Source: Octopus sinensis (lineage: Eukaryota). From it: DNA of 64,000 nucleotides. Of the stretch, positions 49,885 through 62,832 are shown one piece after another. A model generated the notes under the pieces. The model ran no database searches. It saw only the letters and a program-made list of their open reading frames with translations, and was not told where the DNA came from. The first letter of the stretch is position 1; the number at the start of each line of letters is the position of its first letter. Where the stretch lies: positions 992,001 to 1,056,000 of the forward strand of contig NC_043019.1 of the NCBI RefSeq assembly GCF_006345805.1, read 5' to 3'. The translations under genes were made by a program, and so were the position numbers.

Positions 49885-50135
49885 TGGAGCACTAATAAAA
49901 TATCTTGGCATAAAGTAGGGTGACGGAATTCAAGGACATACCCGAAAAATTTAATCAAGAAGAGTAAGATGGTGCTCAACCCTAAAGGCCGTATTAAAGT
50001 TTCCAACACGTTAGTTATACATATAGTGAACTAGGGTTACAATTCCATCGACTAGAAACTCTTTGAGCTTTAGAGATTGGATGGAATAACACGAACACTC
50101 CTCATCAACAACAAAATTCATCACTCCAAGGCAGA

Positions 50136-50311
50136 AATCGTCTGCCGTTACGTTCTGACTTCAAATTCCGCCGAGGTCGTCTTTGCCTTTCATCCTTTCG
50201 GGGTCGATAAATTAAATACGAGTTACGCACTGGGGTCGGTGTAATCGGCTCAATCCCTTTGTCTGTCTTCGTTTGTCACCTCTATGTTTAACCTCTTGTG
50301 GGCAATAAAGA

Positions 50312-50312
<1 letters not shown>
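50136..50312 (+). mobile_element. S2 SINE, 5'-truncated
   Basis: TCGTCTGCCGTTACGTTCTGACTTCAAATTCC..GTGGGCAATAAAGAAATAA. Confidence 0.9.
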
Positions 50313-50343
<31 letters not shown>

Positions 50344-51735
50344 GCACCAGTTCATGAAACTAATTGCTTTCAGCCAAGATTTGGAGTCATTATCATTATT
50401 ATTATTATTATTATGTTTCTGCGACCAGTAATTTTGATAATCGATTACATGTGTCCTTGTATGTGTACAGAACTTTATTTTATATTTCAAATTCTCCGAA
50501 TGCATAATGGTGGACTCTTATGTGAAAGGTTTTTTTATTTACTTAATTTTCATATCTTTTTGCATTAGTTTATCAGGGGCTAAGCTACAATGTCAACGGT
50601 ATACCAGTATCAAAATTACATTGAAGACAAAATCAAAGCTGATTCCTCTTTTTGAAATATCGATTGAAATAAATCCCAATGTATTATTGATTCTTCGTTT
50701 ATTGACGAGTGAACAATGAAACGAAGACTATGTATAGAATACATGACCTCACATCGAAAACGAAACGAGACAACATATTGCATAGCAACCCTTTCTGTAG
50801 CTTTTTTATCGATGTTACCCGGTTGCTCAGTAATATTCACCGTGTTTTTCTCTGAAACATGTACGGAGATAAACATTACGAGAAAAAGGTAAGATCGATT
50901 TTATCGATAACATTATTTAATTACGTTTATGCATTTGTTTTGTAAGATTCCTGATGTAATAGCGTGTGTTGAAACAGATAATGATATATTTGGCGATGGG
51001 GATATATTTTTTTTGCCAATTAACCAAACGAACTATATATTTAATCTTTATTTCAGCATTATTATTATTTTCTCATTACTACAGGATTTTTGTTGGAGCT
51101 CCTGCAGTCTTGCATGTGTAGCGGGCTTACTACCTGCAACATCCTATTATTATTATTATTATTATTATTATTGTTGTTGTTGTTATCATCATCATCATCA
51201 TGCTCTTCAAATTTTCTTCCGTTTCTCGCCGGGTGCTTTCCGTATGCCTAGTGCAGAGAAGCTCATTGTATGCATTCCCAGATTACACACGCAAATTCAC
51301 AGGTAAAATATGTATTTAAAAATTAATAAATAAATAAATAAATTCATGAATGGATGTTGTTTCACAGCGATAATGCTCTTATCAGTACATGAGTCGTTCC
51401 CGTTAACACGATTTTTTGCACTTCCTATCCTCCTCATTATTATTATTATTATTATCATTATTATTACTTTAGTTTCTGCGACAAATCTCTTATGTCACAC
51501 AACCTGTCACCCCCTAAAGTGACACTTTATCCAACGTGTCTCCTCCCGTTCCGCGCCCATTGTATCCTCATCTGTAGATTTTTTCTTTGTGTGATATGTA
51601 CCCTTATCTGTAGATAAGGATAAATACCATAGAAAGATAAAATCGACTACGTAGAACAAGCGGAGACACGTAGCGTAAAGGTTTTCTAAAGATGTCACAG
51701 CATATGTGACAAAATTGCTTCGATAAAGCAACACA

Positions 51736-51780
<45 letters not shown>

Positions 51781-52045
51781 TAAGCTGATGTAGAGACCAA
51801 ACATATAATGCGTGTGTTTAATTGCCTAAATACGACTGTCCCCGATTAAAACAATATTATTTAATTACCTTTCATGTTATCAACGCCGCAAGTAATCCTT
51901 TACGAACAGGTACTTGAATAATTAGAAAGGGCCACCGAATATATTCGGAAACCCTCTCCCATTTCTTCAATGTACGACATATTCCACTATTTAACACGGG
52001 GTGCTCTCTGAATATAGCTACTTAACAATGCTCTCTGCATTCTAT

Positions 52046-52243
52046 TTACTCTTTCTATTACTCTTCTACTTGTTTCAGTTATTTGACTGGCCATGCTCAA
52101 GCACCACTCTTTTAGACCCCAGGACTCATTCTATTGGTCTCTTTTGCCGAACCGCTAAGTTACGCGGACGTAAACACACCAGCATCGGTTGTCAAGCGAT
52201 GTTGGGTGGACGAACACAGACACACAACCATATACACACACAC

Positions 52244-52286
<43 letters not shown>

Positions 52287-52440
52287 TGGCTTCTTTCAGT
52301 TTCTGTCTACCAAATTCACTCACAAGGCTTTGGTCGGCACGAGGCTACATTGGAAGCCACTTGCCCAAATTTCCATGCAGTGGGACTGAACCCGGAACCA
52401 TGTGGTTGGTAAGAAAGCTACTTACCACACAGCCACTCCT
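52046..52440 (-). mobile_element. S1 SINE, near full length
   Basis: Reverse complement of all S1 modules. Confidence 0.9.
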
Positions 52441-52627
52441 ACTTCGACTAAGTGGAATACCATGAATGGTGACCCTTTTCATTCTAAGTCAGCTGGATCA
52501 AGTCTAGCCAAAGGCGAAGTAACAACTACTCCTGAAGACCGTAATGACAAAGACGAACCTGGCTGTAATGAAATTCAGAATTTAAAAGGATAGAGTCATT
52601 TTTCATGTCGTCGATGCTGTGGTTCAA

Positions 52628-52847
52628 CCCTTTAGGGTTTAAACAGGCCATATCAGGCCCAAATATTCTATATGTTTTATAATCAAACTGGGAATATCTA
52701 GCCCCTCACTCCTAACCTACAATGTCATGCTAAAAATAAACAATCACATCACTGAAACCTCAAAGCTATAAGATAATGCATGATTAATTCAAAACAATTT
52801 GAGTGAATAAGTACTATATTTAACAGAGTAATCTGAATACTAAAGGG
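52628..52847. mobile_element. piggyBac-like MITE
   Basis: Termini CCCTTTAG and CTAAAGGG; flanks TCAA (left) and TTAA (right), consistent with a TTAA TSD. Confidence 0.7.
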
Positions 52848-53204
52848 TTAATACTACTTCGGTGCTAATCGAGCTGATGTGTGATGACAGAAGTTCCAGC
52901 AGTCCCCAGCTCATCCCATTATCCTGATAAAGCTCATAGAGTGTCCAGCGCTACGTCATCCAGCATGTACTTTTCTAAACTGAGAGGATTAAATTTGCAA
53001 CTAATTTCCAGCTTCGTAGATGTTGCCACACTCGTTAGCGTAGGAAATGCAAATGAATAACAAGAAACGTTTCAACTGATGCTCTACCGGTCATTGATAA
53101 TCTCAACAAACACTATAAAATCAAATTCTAACAGGCACACGGCCAAAATGAAGGTCATTGAGAATAATCCATGAAATCAGTTCGAGTCATCGGCAGTAAT
53201 ATAT

Positions 53205-53915
53205 GTTTCTTTATTACCCACAAGGGGCTACAAATAGAGGGGACAAACAAGGACAGACAAACGAATTAAGTCGATTACATCGACCCCAGTGCGTAACTGG
53301 TACTTAATTTATCGACCCCGAAAGGATGAAAGGCAAAGTCGACCTCGGCGGAATTTGAACTCAGAACTTAACGGCAGACGAAATACGGCTACGCATTTCG
53401 CCCGGCTTCCTAACAGTTCTGCCAGCTCGCCGCCTTAGTAATATATGTTACTTATTACCCACAAGGGGCTACAAATAGAGGGGACAAACAAGGACAGACA
53501 AACGAATTAAGTCGATTACATCGACCCCAGTGCGTAACTGGTACTTAATTTATCGACCCCGAAAGGATGAAAGGCAAAGTCGACCTCGGCGGAATTTGAA
53601 CTCAGAACTTAACGGCAGACGAAATACGGCTACGCATTTCGCCCGGCTTCCTAACAGTTCTGCCAGCTCGCCGCCTTAGTAATATATGTTACTTTATTAC
53701 CCACAAGGGGCTAAACATAGAGGGGACAAACAAGGCCAGACAAACGAATTAAGTCGATTACATCGACCCCAGTGCCTAACTGGTACTTAATTTGTCGACA
53801 CCGAAAGGATGAAAAGCAAAGTCGACCTCGGTGGAATTTGAACTCAGAACGTAGCGAACGGGCGAAATGCCGCACAGCTCTTCGTCCGGCGTTGCTAACG
53901 TCTCTGCCAGCTCGC
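53205..53915 (-). mobile_element. Head-to-tail S2 trimer
   Basis: Three ~240-bp copies; outer 17-bp TSD CATCGGCAGTAATATAT (53188-53204, 53916-53932); AGTAATATAT repeated at both internal junctions. Confidence 0.93.
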
Positions 53916-54343
53916 CATCGGCAGTAATATATTTTATCTAAGTCGCAGAAGGATACACAAAAGGGATTTCGAAGAAATTCGAACGCAGAATATGGTATAA
54001 CATTAACTAAATAAATCAACGCTCTACAAACTGATGTAAGGTTGTAACAATTCTATCAATCCACTACTCTTTGACATGTACTATCGATTTCTAACATTGG
54101 TTGCAACTTGTGAGGTTATTTGGTGATCGTTGTCATCGATATGGTCAACATCTGTAGTCAATATCAGAAAATATCTTTAACGCTGTCAAGATCCTGTCGA
54201 TCACCAATAGTGAGCAATTGTACTTTTACATTTGCACAAGGTATACAATACTGAAAAAAAATTTCGTAGGTGGACACCAGTATGGCTGCAAAAACTGAGA
54301 CAAGAGATTATATATATATGTGTGTGTGTGTGGGTCTGTGTGT

Positions 54344-54590
54344 GTGGAGGCACATGGCCCAGTGGTTGGAGCAGCGGACTCGCGGTCGACGGATCGTGGG
54401 TTCGAATCTCAGACCGGGCGATGTGTGTGTTTATGAGCGAAACACCTAAGCACCACGCGGCTCCGGCAGAAGGTAATGACGAACTTCTGCTGACCCTTTC
54501 GCCACAATTTTCTCTCACTCTTTCCTCCTACATCTTGCAGCTCACGTGCGACGGACCGTCCCCGGCCAGGTGGAGAACCCATACGCCAAG

Positions 54591-54591
<1 letters not shown>
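54344..54591 (+). mobile_element. S4 SINE, 3'-truncated into (GATA)n
   Basis: S4 head and body present. Confidence 0.92.
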
Positions 54592-54593
<2 letters not shown>

Positions 54594-54624
<31 letters not shown>

Positions 54625-54706
54625 GTCATAAATAGTTAGAGTGATAGATAGATAGAGTGATAGATAGAAAGAGTGATAGATAGAAAGTGTGATAGATAGA
54701 AAGAGT

Positions 54707-54749
<43 letters not shown>

Positions 54750-54863
54750 AGATAGAAAGAGTGATAGATAGACAGACAGACAGATAGATAGATAGACAGT
54801 TAAAGTGATTGATAGATAGATAGATAGATGGATAGTGAAAGTGATAGATAGATAGATGGATAA

Positions 54864-54956
<93 letters not shown>

Positions 54957-55120
54957 CCGATAGATAGATGGATGGATAAATAGATAGATGGATAAATAGA
55001 TAGATTGATAGATAGATATACAGAAAGACAGAAGGACAGAAATACAGCTAGCTAGCTAGATAGATAGATAGATAGATAGACAGACAGACATACAACAAAA
55101 CAGACAGACTGACAGATGGA
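54594..55120. repeat. Compound (GATA)n/(GACA)n tract
   Basis: GATA repeats with interspersed GTGATAGATAGAAAGA subunits. Confidence 0.92.
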
Positions 55121-55540
55121 TAAATACAGTAATCTAGTTTATATGTGCACTTAGATGTATGCCTGCCTCTGGTGAGATTCGAGCTCAACGTACGGGATCA
55201 TCAACCATTCCACTCCCAGTAAATTGATGTGGTTAATACAGTGCTTAACAGTATTACCAGTTGATAGCAACAAATGATATAAAAATGTCCGTTGTGCTGA
55301 ACATTCATACATGTATGTGTATGTTTGTGTCTCTGAATAAATGTGTGTGCATGTGTGTGTGTGTGGACACATATGGGCACATACGTAATTATATACATAT
55401 GCGTGTGGACATATATTGACTTACTATTATACACAGACAAACTCAATCGTAAGTATACCTGCCGCTTTTGCTTCATATACTTCACTAAGTTAATACTATG
55501 CATTGAAAGTCGATTTTACCTATATGATGATGTACTTCAG

Positions 55541-55692
55541 AGGGAAAACTGAGCCAGCTATTAAGAGGCAGAAACGACAACGGAGAAGATGAGAGTGAAC
55601 TTGAAGCCGAAGAAGACAATATACGTGTGAGAGGAGAAAAGAATAAAGGGGGAACAGGCTGGAAGATATCACATGTCTCTGAAGAGTTGTAA
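55541..55692 (+). CDS. Possible exon (EGKLSQLLRGRNDNGEDESELEAEEDNIR..SEEL*)
   Basis: Acceptor TGTACTTCAG and a 50-codon phase-1 frame, but the tract is purine-rich and no homolog is recognised. Confidence 0.2.
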
Positions 55693-55857
55693 TCAACATG
55701 ATAGAAGATGGATACTGTGAGTTAACTTGCAAATAAGATGAAAGTTGAAGGTGAGCAAACAAAAATGGCGTTACGCATACATGGATATGGATGTTTGCAG
55801 ACGGACACACGGAAATAGATCTACACATGCGCATGCGCACACACGTATACACACACG

Positions 55858-55895
<38 letters not shown>

Positions 55896-55963
55896 TATAT
55901 ATATACATACATACATACATATATAATTTAACATAAACATAATAAAAAGTTAAAAGTTAAAGA

Positions 55964-56335
55964 GCGAGTGGCTGTGTGGTAAGTAGCTTGCTAACCAACC
56001 ACACGGTTGCGGGTTCAGTCCCACTGCGTGACATCTTGGGCAAGTGTCTTCTGCTATAGCCCCGGGCCGACCAATGCCTTGTGAGTGGATTGGTAGACGG
56101 AAACTGAAAGAAGCCTGTCGTATATATGTATATATATGTATATGTGGTGTGTGTTTGTGTGTCTGTGTTTGTCCCCCTAGCATTGCTTGACAACCGATGC
56201 TGGTGTGTTTAGGTCCCCGTCACTTAGCGGTTCGGCCAAAAAGAGACCGATAGAATAAGTACATAAAGGTGGTGCTCCAGCATGGCGCAGTCAAATGACT
56301 GAAACAAGTAAAAGAGTAAAAGAGTAAAAGAGAGT
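55964..56335 (+). mobile_element. S1 SINE with internal deletion in the 3' module
   Basis: Head, core and tail present. Confidence 0.92.
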
Positions 56336-56565
56336 ACATCCATCTTCTGAACAACAATCATGCTCACACACATACAAACGCAAAGGTAAAAGGAGACAGC
56401 AGCGCGTACTTGAATGTATATATGTTTGCTTTTGCTTTTGCTTTTGTGTGTGTGTGTGTGGGTGTGTGTGTCTGTGCGCTCGCACGTGTTTGTGTGTGTT
56501 GGAAATAGGAAGTTGGATCTACAACTATATAATATATATTATAAAAATAATATATCACATGTGTA

Positions 56566-56609
56566 TACATAAATATATACTCAATAAATTATATAATATA
56601 TATATATTA

Positions 56610-56650
<41 letters not shown>

Positions 56651-56746
56651 ATATATATATATATATATTATATATTAATATATATTATGTAGTATATATA
56701 TATATATATATATATATTTTTTAATATATATATAGATATATATAGT

Positions 56747-56780
<34 letters not shown>

Positions 56781-57051
56781 CTTACATATATATATATTAC
56801 CATATATATATATATATATATACTAACATATATATATTACATATATATATATATATATATACTAACATATATATATATTAAAACATATATATATTATATA
56901 TATAATTTAATTTATATATCAATTATTATTAATATATTATTACTTAATCTATATATTATTCAACAATATATTATATATAATATTACATATACATATTTAA
57001 ATATATAATATATATATATCTTACATATATATATATATCTATATATATATG

Positions 57052-57085
<34 letters not shown>

Positions 57086-57268
57086 AGTATATATATATGT
57101 TAATATATATATTATGTTAGTATATAATGTTAATATATATATTATATATGTTAGTATATATAGGTTAATATATATATATATTTGTTAGTATATATATATA
57201 TATGTTAGTATATATATATATGTTAATATATATATATGTTAGTATATATATATGTTAGTATATATATA
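56566..57268. repeat. (TA)n tract with ATATATGTTA(G/A)T subunits
   Basis: Degenerate TA microsatellite. Confidence 0.92.
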
Positions 57269-57485
57269 CATATTTGCATACACTTTTACGAGCGCGCGGT
57301 TTCATTACCTAACAACATTGAATGCGTACCTATGCGAAATCCTCAAAGTCTGTGTAAGTGCGCGCACTCGCTCTCTTGTGTGCATGAACGCGCGCCTCAT
57401 CCTGACACATACGATATTGCCGTTTTGCTTCAAACTGTGATCTGTCGTAAATATCAATTACACACCAATTACTCTGTGGGAGGGC

Positions 57486-57520
57486 TATAAAATCGTTATA
57501 ACATCTGTTTGCTCAGCTCT
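57486..57520 (+). promoter_or_regulatory. Candidate TATA box plus initiator
   Basis: TATAAAA at 57486 and TCAGCT with A at 57515 (29-nt spacing), downstream of a CpG-rich stretch at 57285-57400. Confidence 0.3.
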
Positions 57521-57829
57521 TATCTCACTATTTGTGGCCAATCAATCCTTAGACTTCTGAGAAACAAGCACTTAAAAGACGTCGTTTATCAAAGGCAATT
57601 TCTTGTTTTAGATATGTGACTTTTTGTTTTTTCGATCTTTGCTATTCCATACAGCGGATCAAAACAGATTTCACCTAATCACTTCTACGACATCAAACCA
57701 TGCAGGCATTTCTCGTTAATGAGGTCTTTGTAACAGTTATAACTTGTATCCAGTGTTTCTAAGTGGTATTCGTATAGCAAAGCTTTGATTAACGACCATT
57801 TAATATTATTTCTTCATACGTCAAGGCAG

Positions 57830-58030
57830 GATCGGACGAAAAATATTCTGGTCGTCGTAGGCGACCAGTTCCCTTTTTGACGGATCATCAGCACACAGGT
57901 TTCTGGGATGCTGGGTGCTTCTGCGTGATGAGCCACAAGTCGAGGCACTGGTGCCTTGGAATGCTGTGTGCCAATGAGTCGAATATCTTGAATACATCGT
58001 CACTGTAGAAGGCGACTTTCTCCCATGAAC
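57830..58030 (-). mobile_element. Possible Tc1-like transposase remnant
   Basis: SWEKVAFYSDDVF..TQKHPASQKPVC**SVKKGTGRL resembles Tc1 W.KV.FSDE and TVKHP.SVMVWG..S..G.G.L motifs; high GC3 in this frame. Confidence 0.45.
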
Positions 58031-58048
58031 TACACAACAGCAATCACA

Positions 58049-58388
58049 GTGGAGGCGCAATGGCCCAGTGCTTAGTGCAGCGGACTCGCGGTCGGAGGAT
58101 CGCGGTTTCGATTCCCAGACCGGGCGTTGTGTGTGTTTATTGAGCAAAAACACCTAAAGCTCCACGAAGCTCCGGCAGGGGGTGGTGGTGGCGACCCCTG
58201 TTATACTCTTTCGCCCCAACTTTCTCTCATTCTTTCTTCCTGTGTCTTGTCCCCGACTTCCTACGCAACCGCTGAGCCTGGATGCGCATTCATCCATCCG
58301 TCGATGCTCTCGGTGTCGGGGGTTGACCTGCTTTCTCGTCTGCGGGTCTTACGAATAGCAAAGGACCACGTTTCGAACTTCTCCCACT
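58049..58388 (+). mobile_element. S3 SINE, tail type 3
   Basis: S3 head joined to ..CCCCGACTTCCTACGCAACCGCTGAGCCTGGATGCGC..GGACCACGTTTCGAACTTCTCC. Confidence 0.85.
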
Positions 58389-58699
58389 AATGGGACGAAG
58401 ACCGCATTATTCAACAAACAAACAGCAATCACAAGATGTTGCCTTTGAACATGACAATAACAGATGTGGTGTCGTCTTTTGAAACAAGCAAGGAAACAAA
58501 CAAACAAACAAATACATAAAAGGAAAAACAACAGAAACAATACGGTTTCTTTGTACTTTAGTTTTCCTGTCTTGAGATTGATCTTGTCTGAGAACAAGTG
58601 TAAAGAAATTACCAGAAGGAAAACATGGAAAACATCTTTGACTAACAGCAACACCACTACCACTGTTGTCGCCACTACAACAAAGACACCACCGATACC

Positions 58700-58933
58700 T
58701 ATTTCTTTGCTACCCACAAGGGGCTAAACACAGAGAGGACAAACAAGGACAGACAAACGGATTAAGTCGATTATATCGACCCCAATGCGTAAGTGGTACT
58801 TAATTTATCGACCTCGAAAGGATGAAAGGCAAAGTCGACCTCGGCGGAATTTGAACTCAGAACGTAACGGCAGACGAAATACGGCTATGCATTTCGCCCG
58901 GCGTGCTAACGTTTCTGCCAGCTGGCCTCCTTG
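58700..58933 (-). mobile_element. S2 SINE, full length
   Basis: 13-bp TSD CACCACCGATACC at 58687-58699 and 58934-58946. Confidence 0.95.
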
Positions 58934-59304
58934 CACCACCGATACCATTGTACCATCACCACTATTACTACTAACACCACCACTACTACCATAACATAAA
59001 CTGTAGCAGCAGCGTAACGTAAATACCACCGTTGCACCATTAACTTCACCATCAATACCATCACCCGGACGAATTCAAAATAAATATACAAATAAACGTT
59101 TGAGACCTAGTTGTACACAGTATATGTTGATCCCATAAGAAACCGACAAAGCTTTTCCCGCGTATTTGGCAGTATTTTAACGCATCAAAATATATTTTTA
59201 AGATGCTCCATTGTTTTCCATATTTACAGTTGAAAAAGTCTAAATGACTGAAACCGGTGTACTGAAAGGTTTAAATAAAATTAGTTTACCATTTTCTACC
59301 TTAA

Positions 59305-59334
59305 CTTTTTCCATATATATATATATATATATAT

Positions 59335-59371
<37 letters not shown>

Positions 59372-59800
59372 GTGTGTGTGTGTGTGTGGGTGTTGTGCGC
59401 GGGTGCGTGTGCGTGTGCGTGTGTGTAATATGTATGTGTATGTGTGCGTGTGTGTGTTTGTGCGTGTGTGTGCGCGTGCGTGTGTGTGTGCGTGTGTGTG
59501 TGTGTGTGTGTGTGCGTGTGTGTTGCTGTGTGTGTGCGTTTGAGTGTGTGTGCGTGCGTGTGTGTATGTGCGTGCGTGTCTTGTATATGTGTGTCTCCCC
59601 GTAACCGATTGATAAACAATGTGTTTCTTTTTTCTGTACCTATCGTAACCTAGTGGTTCAGCAAAAGATGTAGATGAAACATACTTTAAAACGAAAATAT
59701 ACATTGTTGTCCCTTTGTTCAACTAAAGCTACTTCAAGGCAGCTTCTTGCCGCCATGGCCACAGGCCAATGACGGCAACAAGTAAAAGATTAAAGATGAA
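59305..59800 (+). repeat. (TA)n/(TG/CG)n tract followed by a degenerate S1 3' half
   Basis: Microsatellite 59305-59595; CCCCGTAAC..TAGTGGTTCAGCAAAAG..CATGGCCACAG..CAAGTAAAAGA. Confidence 0.75.
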
Positions 59801-60215
59801 AGATGTAGAATGGTGAAAGCCTCTGTCAGTATCAAACGGTACTTCGATAACAAGGATTATAAACAACTTGCAGCCTTCGCATGCTGAGATTTCCCAAGAG
59901 AACGCCAATTGTACATTCGCAAACGTATTGCAAATGTATCAATGGTGGTTCAATGGTATAGAACAAAAGTAAATACGTGATGTTGTTTCTGCATGTCTAT
60001 ATGTGTACAATACGCGCATGTATGTTTATATAGGCATCAGCTGAGAGAAAACACAAAGACATTACTATATATATATATACACACACACACACATTTAGTT
60101 ACATATGTATGTACGTGTGTATGTTGTACGTAAAGTATGTTGTGTTGGAAGTACACGTAGGAGCGTATATATAACTATACTTAGATCTATATACATCTAT
60201 GCTTACGCGCACACA

Positions 60216-60307
<92 letters not shown>

Positions 60308-60750
60308 TATCGCATACAAAAACCTTAAACGGCTGTATATACAATAGACAATACACGCCTATTAATTTCTAACAATATGAAAGCTAAATATTTAATTTTG
60401 ACTTTCCTTACATTAAAAATGGATTTATGATCAACATACGTTACATTATACACAATTTTAATATAGCTAACAGAAAATGAAGATTCGATACGGGAACCAC
60501 ACTTGGAAGTATTAATATAAAAATAGTGGGCATGAAATTACATTTAAGAAGATTTTATAATTTAATTGTTCTTTCTGAGAATATATGATACGAGGAAGCA
60601 ATATTCAGCTACATGTTAGAAATATAGGTGTTATTTAGAGAGTTTGGATATATGTTGCAAAGAAAATACAAATAATGATTTAGTAGGATATATGTCACAT
60701 ATATATATATGAATAAATTCCCATGTGTGTGCGTGTGTGTGCGTGTGTGC

Positions 60751-60781
<31 letters not shown>

Positions 60782-60784
<3 letters not shown>

Positions 60785-60960
60785 GAGGGAGCAGGGGCTG
60801 AAAGGTTTTGGACTTTAAGGTTATCGCGAAAGGCCTGGGTGGATGCCCAAATTTCTGAGCTCTTTTGCAGGGCATAGAAAATGTGAAAGACAGCTGCAAT
60901 AAGTGTATGAATCTGTATTCTCCCACCCGACCCCACAAAATCAGGAACTTTTCAGCAACC
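60782..60960. mobile_element. Mariner-derived MITE remnant
   Basis: After TA, starts TACGAGGG..GCTGAAAGGTT; ends GGAACTTTTCAGCAACC (imperfect inverted termini). Confidence 0.55.
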
Positions 60961-61466
60961 ACTTTTTTCTATATGAATATATATAATACTGTAAAACGCA
61001 CGTGACCTAGGGGTTAAAATTTCTCATCTCATGACCGTAACATTATGCAATTTCCGAAACGGAAAGCATGTTGTGTCCTTGAGTAACGCACTTTATTTTC
61101 GTTGCTCCAGTTTACTTTCACCTTACACAGTGGTAAGAATTAATGGCGAAACTGAGCGGCACTGCTCTCTATCTCCGGCTGACATATATTGGATGTTCAA
61201 CTGACCCATGAGTGAGGGGTCTAATGGTAAGTTTCTATTCGCAACTACACAAGCAGCTAAACAACTGTGAAATAAATATTACTAGGCTATACTCGTAACT
61301 GTATAGAATTTTGCAAAGTCATAATTTGAACTTGGCACAGGGGAGTTTGAACTATGGCACGTAGTGAGTCGGACAAGTTACCGTAAATAATTTTGTCCGA
61401 CTTTCTAACATTGCACAAGGAAATACAATGAATCCGTTTGTAGAACTCATATATATCAAGATCAAG

Positions 61467-61813
61467 TTTTACTCGCCTCCTTATGAGAGCTCAAAATCTC
61501 TCGTGGAAGCGCCATCCAACCAAAATGCAAATATATGGGAAACTACCACCTATATCATCTCTTGTGAAAGGTAGAAGAGTCCAGTTTGCTGGACATTGTT
61601 GTAGAGCTGAAAACGAGGTTATTTCTACTCTTCTCGTCTGGAAGCCATCTACTCGCAATACCAGAGGGAGCACACACTCCTACCCTGATGTAATCTCCAG
61701 GGATACAGGCATCCAGCAACAGGACCTCCGTAATGCTATGATGGACCGTGAAGTCTGGCGTAACATAGTAAATTCCATTGTCGCGACCACGGTCGAACAA
61801 TGATGATGATGAT
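61467..61813 (+). mobile_element. RTE-clade LINE 3' end, ORF C-terminus open
   Basis: FTRLLMRAQNLSWKRHPTK..RRVQFAGHCCR..LLVWKP..DREVWRNIV..VEQ* with (TGA)n tail. Confidence 0.93.
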
Positions 61814-62008
61814 TTACTCATTGCGTGTTGATATGGGGCTAAAAAGCACCAACAATTATGTAAGGGACAATGAAAGCGGAGTGCTTGCATATACGTCAAT
61901 ATGCCGAACAAAGTGCTTAGCGGCATTTCATCCGTCTTTATGCTCTGAATTCCATACCACGCCATGTCGAATTTGCTTTTAATCCTTTCGGGGTTGAGGA
62001 AAGTGGAC

Positions 62009-62371
62009 TGGAAGCACTCCGTCGGTTACGACGATGAGGGTTCCGGTTGATCCGAATCAACCGAACAGCCTGCTCGTGAAATTAACGTGTAAGTGGCTGA
62101 GCACTCCACAGACACGTGCACCCTTAACATAGTTCTCGGGGATATTCAGCGTGACACAGAGAGTGACAAGGCCGGCCCTTTGAAATACAGGTACAACAGA
62201 AACAGGAAGTAAGAGTGAGAGAAAGTTGTGGTGAAAGAGTACAGCAGGGATCACCACCATCCCCTGCAAGAACCTCGTGGAGCTTTTAGGTGTTTTCGCT
62301 CAATAAACACTCACAATGCCCGGTCTGGGAATCGAAACCGTGATCCTACGACCGCGAGTCCGCTGCCCTAA
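62009..62371 (-). mobile_element. S3 SINE, tail type 1
   Basis: Near-identical to 21629-22012; slightly 5'-truncated; flanked by S2 fragments. Confidence 0.95.
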
Positions 62372-62528
62372 ACACATGTAATCGACTTACCCGCTTCCCC
62401 GGAATTGCTTGCCTTGTACCAAAATTTGGAACCAGCAATGGAAGAGGCAGTGTCTTTGACAAAAACGATAGAGTTGTCCAATAAACTGCTTCGCTGTGCG
62501 AATGCAAATCCGACCCAGACCAAGATTT

Positions 62529-62832
62529 GTTGCTTGTTCCTTCTCGAGCAATGCCTGACTCATAAGGGCCGGTTTCCCGGTTTTTTGGCGTATAGGTTCC
62601 CCACCTGGACGGGACGCCGGCCCATCGCAGGTGAGCTGCAAGATGCTGTAGGAAAGAGTGAGAGAAAGTTGTGGCGAAAGAGTCAGCGGAAGTTTCGCCA
62701 TTACCTTCAGTTGGAGCCGCGTGGAGCTTAGGTGTTTCGCTCATAAACATGCACATCGTCCGATCTGAGATTCGAACCCTCGATCCCTCGACCGCGAGTC
62801 CGCTGCTCTAACCACTAGGCCATGTGCCTCCA
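62529..62832 (-). mobile_element. S4 SINE, full length
   Basis: 13-bp TSD CAGACCAAGATTT at 62516-62528 and 62833-62845. Confidence 0.95.

Larger units (their letters stand above)
47120..50135 (+). mobile_element. R4/Dong-like element, 5' region plus RT domain, decayed, with nested RTE and S2 insertions
   Basis: DYKDVMKV (N-terminal), PKWLTE, IGCLATINNIL, KLSTA.IVYREAFVNVLHEWILKAL, QDDSLSVLLF (QGDSLS-like), HLFFTDD (YxDD-like), KYLGI, RLDGITRTLL..HHSKA. A further RT piece FSNDIGMDFGLGKCA lies at 46922-47057. Confidence 0.85.
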
